Part shown: positions 63,579-64,000 of the stretch, piece after piece
How the letters are laid out: every line of letters begins with the position of its first letter
Numbering within the stretch: position 1 is the stretch's first letter
From: a virus
Strand: one strand, 5' to 3'
Virus record (IMG/VR): IMGVR_UViG_3300030061_003170
Length of the DNA stretch: 64,000 nt
Program-made: the position numbers and the translations under genes
Notes under the pieces: generated by a model
What the model saw: only the letters and a program-made list of their open reading frames with translations
Told to the model about the DNA's origin: nothing
The model's database searches: none

Positions 63579-64000
63579 TCAATCTACTCCTATTATTTTC
63601 TTACCATTTGTCGTGGCTATTTTAACTAGTTCTTTCATATTGTAAAAATGGGTTGCCTCAAGCATTACCCTTAATTCAGTCGCCATGTTTCCGTCTGAAT
63701 ATGGCTTGTATATATCGTGAATGTTGTCAGAACCGATAGCAACGACCAATTCATTCTCTACCAATTCCTCGACTGGGGTGATCGCATTATGGTCAACTGA
63801 CATCTTATCGCTTCTTCTATGGTCTATCCATGCAGTTGGACAGGTAACGAATGAAAGGTCAGCATCTTTACTAAGATCATAGATATACTGTCGGTAATTT
63901 TTTGGATGGGCTGCCAAACTAATGCTATGCACTGCCGTTACTCTTCCTTCAAGTCCGTGCTCAATTGTTTTTCTGGCCAAAAGTTCTGTTTCTTTCTCCG
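63579..64000 (-). CDS. amidohydrolase, cytosine-deaminase (CodA)-like, 5' end outside window
   Basis: GRVTAVHSISL, VTCP, VAIGSDNIHDIYKPY; frame open to window edge. Confidence 0.75.
   Translation of the reverse strand, partial: EKETELLARKTIEHGLEGRVTAVHSISLAAHPKNYRQYIYDLSKDADLSFVTCPTAWIDHRRSDKMSVDHNAITPVEELVENELVVAIGSDNIHDIYKPYSDGNMATELRVMLEATHFYNMKELVKIATTNGKKIIGVD

Noticed and set aside
1-64000. Plus-strand ORFs in the track and nested alternate-frame minus ORFs
   Set aside because: They are antisense or frame shadows of well-supported minus-strand genes, with no RBS or recognisable motifs.
1-64000. Stop-codon reassignment
   Set aside because: Conserved genes (dnaE, groEL, phoH, uvsE) are full length in code 11, and TAG/TGA terminate genes at natural ends.

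Overview
The window looks like a segment of a large (probably jumbo) tailed-phage genome. It is gene-dense, uses the standard code, and essentially all real genes are on the minus strand. By coordinate: (1-6.5 kb) a seven-gene glycosyltransferase cluster, including a GT29 sialyltransferase-like ORF missing from the ORF track plus GT10 and GT11 fucosyltransferases; (6.5-15 kb) a PD-(D/E)xK nuclease, PhoH, HNH, tRNA-Arg(UCU) and a HAD-type phosphomannomutase; (9-26.5 kb) acidic or Lys-rich, probably late/virion proteins that share an 'MKFTxEQ..IIKEEI.AVL.E' module, often preceded by a CTA(N)TTA motif; (26.7-45.5 kb) a hyperplastic early region of about 27 sigma70-type promoter-repeat cassettes; (46-64 kb) a protease, a MYXO-CTERM-like protein, glutaredoxin, GroEL, an endolysin, ClpP, dUTPase, DnaE, UvsE and a partial deaminase. 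The strongest candidate for a new system is in the early region: about 30 divergent 50-100 aa SH3/KOW-like mini-genes, many too short for the ORF track. They are joined by a conserved ~30-bp junction (TGGAGGTARTATGCAAGTAGGYGATTTAGT) that serves at once as the upstream gene's C-terminus (LEVICK*), the Shine-Dalgarno and the downstream gene's N-terminus (MQVGDLV). This makes it a frame-safe crossover point for cassette shuffling, nested inside promoter-repeat-bounded modules. All family calls are by motif recognition only; no searches were run.
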